DNA of 64,000 nucleotides, taken from Mustelus asterias. Taxonomy: Eukaryota. A program made the translations under genes and the position numbers. Under the pieces are notes generated by a model. That model did not search any database. It saw nothing but the letters and a program-made list of their open reading frames with translations, and was not told the DNA's origin. Of this stretch, positions 62,836-64,000 are shown one piece after another. Where the stretch lies: the NCBI RefSeq assembly GCF_964213995.1, contig NW_027590419.1, positions 248,001 to 312,000 on the forward strand, written 5' to 3'. The stretch's first letter is position 1, and each line of letters begins with the position of its first letter.

Positions 62836-63940
62836 GATGCTTCCTGAGTCTGTAACTCTGCAATGAGAGAAATCCTGTCAGAGACAGAAAGACACTGTTC
62901 CACTGCACTGCTGATCCAACCAATGAGAGGAATGGAGCAGCGGCAGCAATCCGTCCAATCACGAGAGCAGAAAACGGAAGTCGTGGGCGGGGATGCAGTA
63001 GACAAAATATTGAGTGAAGTGTGCGGCAACTTCAGCTGCACCCGGAACAGAAATAGCGAGACTTCCATCTCCGGAATCTGTCACCATTCTGAACCTGCTC
63101 ACTGTCCAAGTGACTGAGAAGAAATAGAGAGGGAGGGGCAAAACGGGGCCAGGGACATGAACAAAATAGAAACATCGCGTATCAATGCAGGAGATGTGGC
63201 CACTCGGCCCATGGTATCTTGGCCTAACAGATTTCAGAGTTGACAGATTTCTTCAATTCATCTTTCAAACCTCGAATCTCTCACAGTCACGGACATTTTT
63301 CTGCTTTCAACTTATCTCTCATTTCCTTCTAAAACTTACTATTATCTCTTCTTCCGCCATCTCTTTCAACACCGCAGGGCCGAGATAAGAGTCGGTGCAG
63401 ACTTGATGGGCCGAATGGCCTCCTTTTGCACTGTCGGGATCCGATGACCACCTTCCAAGTTTAACAAATCGGAGAGTAATCAATTAATCTAATCGTTCCA
63501 TTGCCCTCTCCCCTCCTGAAGTAGACGCTTGTGTTTTCCAAAGTTCTGCCGGCGGAAACACTTTCCCGGAGTTGACCTGAACATCACACCTTGGTTTTAA
63601 AGGAATAAACAATTTATGGGAAGCAGAAAAGGAAGCTTAACTGGCAGATAGATTCTACTGGGAGACCTGTATTAGCAAAACCTTCCTTATATTTGTTTCA
63701 AAACAGAGCTTTTTCTCATAAGCCTTGGCTGTGGATCCCGGTGTTGCTTGTACCACTGGCCCACATGAAGGCAGGACCTCCCTGCTTCTGATTAGATCTT
63801 AATTCCGCAACCTCAGGGCTGGATATTCACATCAGCTCCGGGAGAGATGTTTCAGATCAGCTGTTAATTCCCATCAACTCAGGGCTGAATATTCAGATCA
63901 GCTCCAGGAGAGATGTCTCTGACCCTCAGACCAGACCCAC

Positions 63941-63970
63941 TGATGTCACTCGCAGTTCACAGTGACGTCA
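63941..63970. promoter_or_regulatory. Pair of TCR V-promoter decamer / CRE motifs
   Basis: TGATGTCACT at 63941-63950 (= AGTGACATCA on - strand) and AGTGACGTCA at 63961-63970; both fit AGTGAYRTCA. Confidence 0.55.
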
Positions 63971-64000
63971 CATGGGCTACAGGGTGACGCCACACATTCT

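Overview
Vertebrate genomic DNA from a cartilaginous fish (shark; inferred from HE1-type V-SINEs, CR1/Rex1/Penelope fragments and shark-type satellites), in a gapped draft assembly. The first ~53.5 kb is repeat-dense and nearly gene-free: 69-, 50- and 52-bp tandem arrays, microsatellites, many SINE/LINE fragments, Penelope-like inserts (one with a minimal hammerhead ribozyme), a ~12.9-kb near-identical direct duplication (7052-19978 / 40678-53488), a ~3-kb nested duplication, and an orphan CpG-island promoter at ~37.8-38.2 kb. The last ~10.5 kb is part of a T-cell receptor alpha/delta variable-gene cluster with three intact V segments, each with a 23-type RSS: an intronless + strand V (54388-54720), a - strand V with an apparently broken and replaced leader (59977-60314), and a conventional two-exon - strand V (62338-62835). 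Between them, a V-like leader exon, intron and short exon start (55821-~55980) are joined out of frame to a 5'-truncated C2H2 zinc-finger array (55990-56793), and V orientation flips across this block. Most short ORFs in the track are repeat-derived and not genes.
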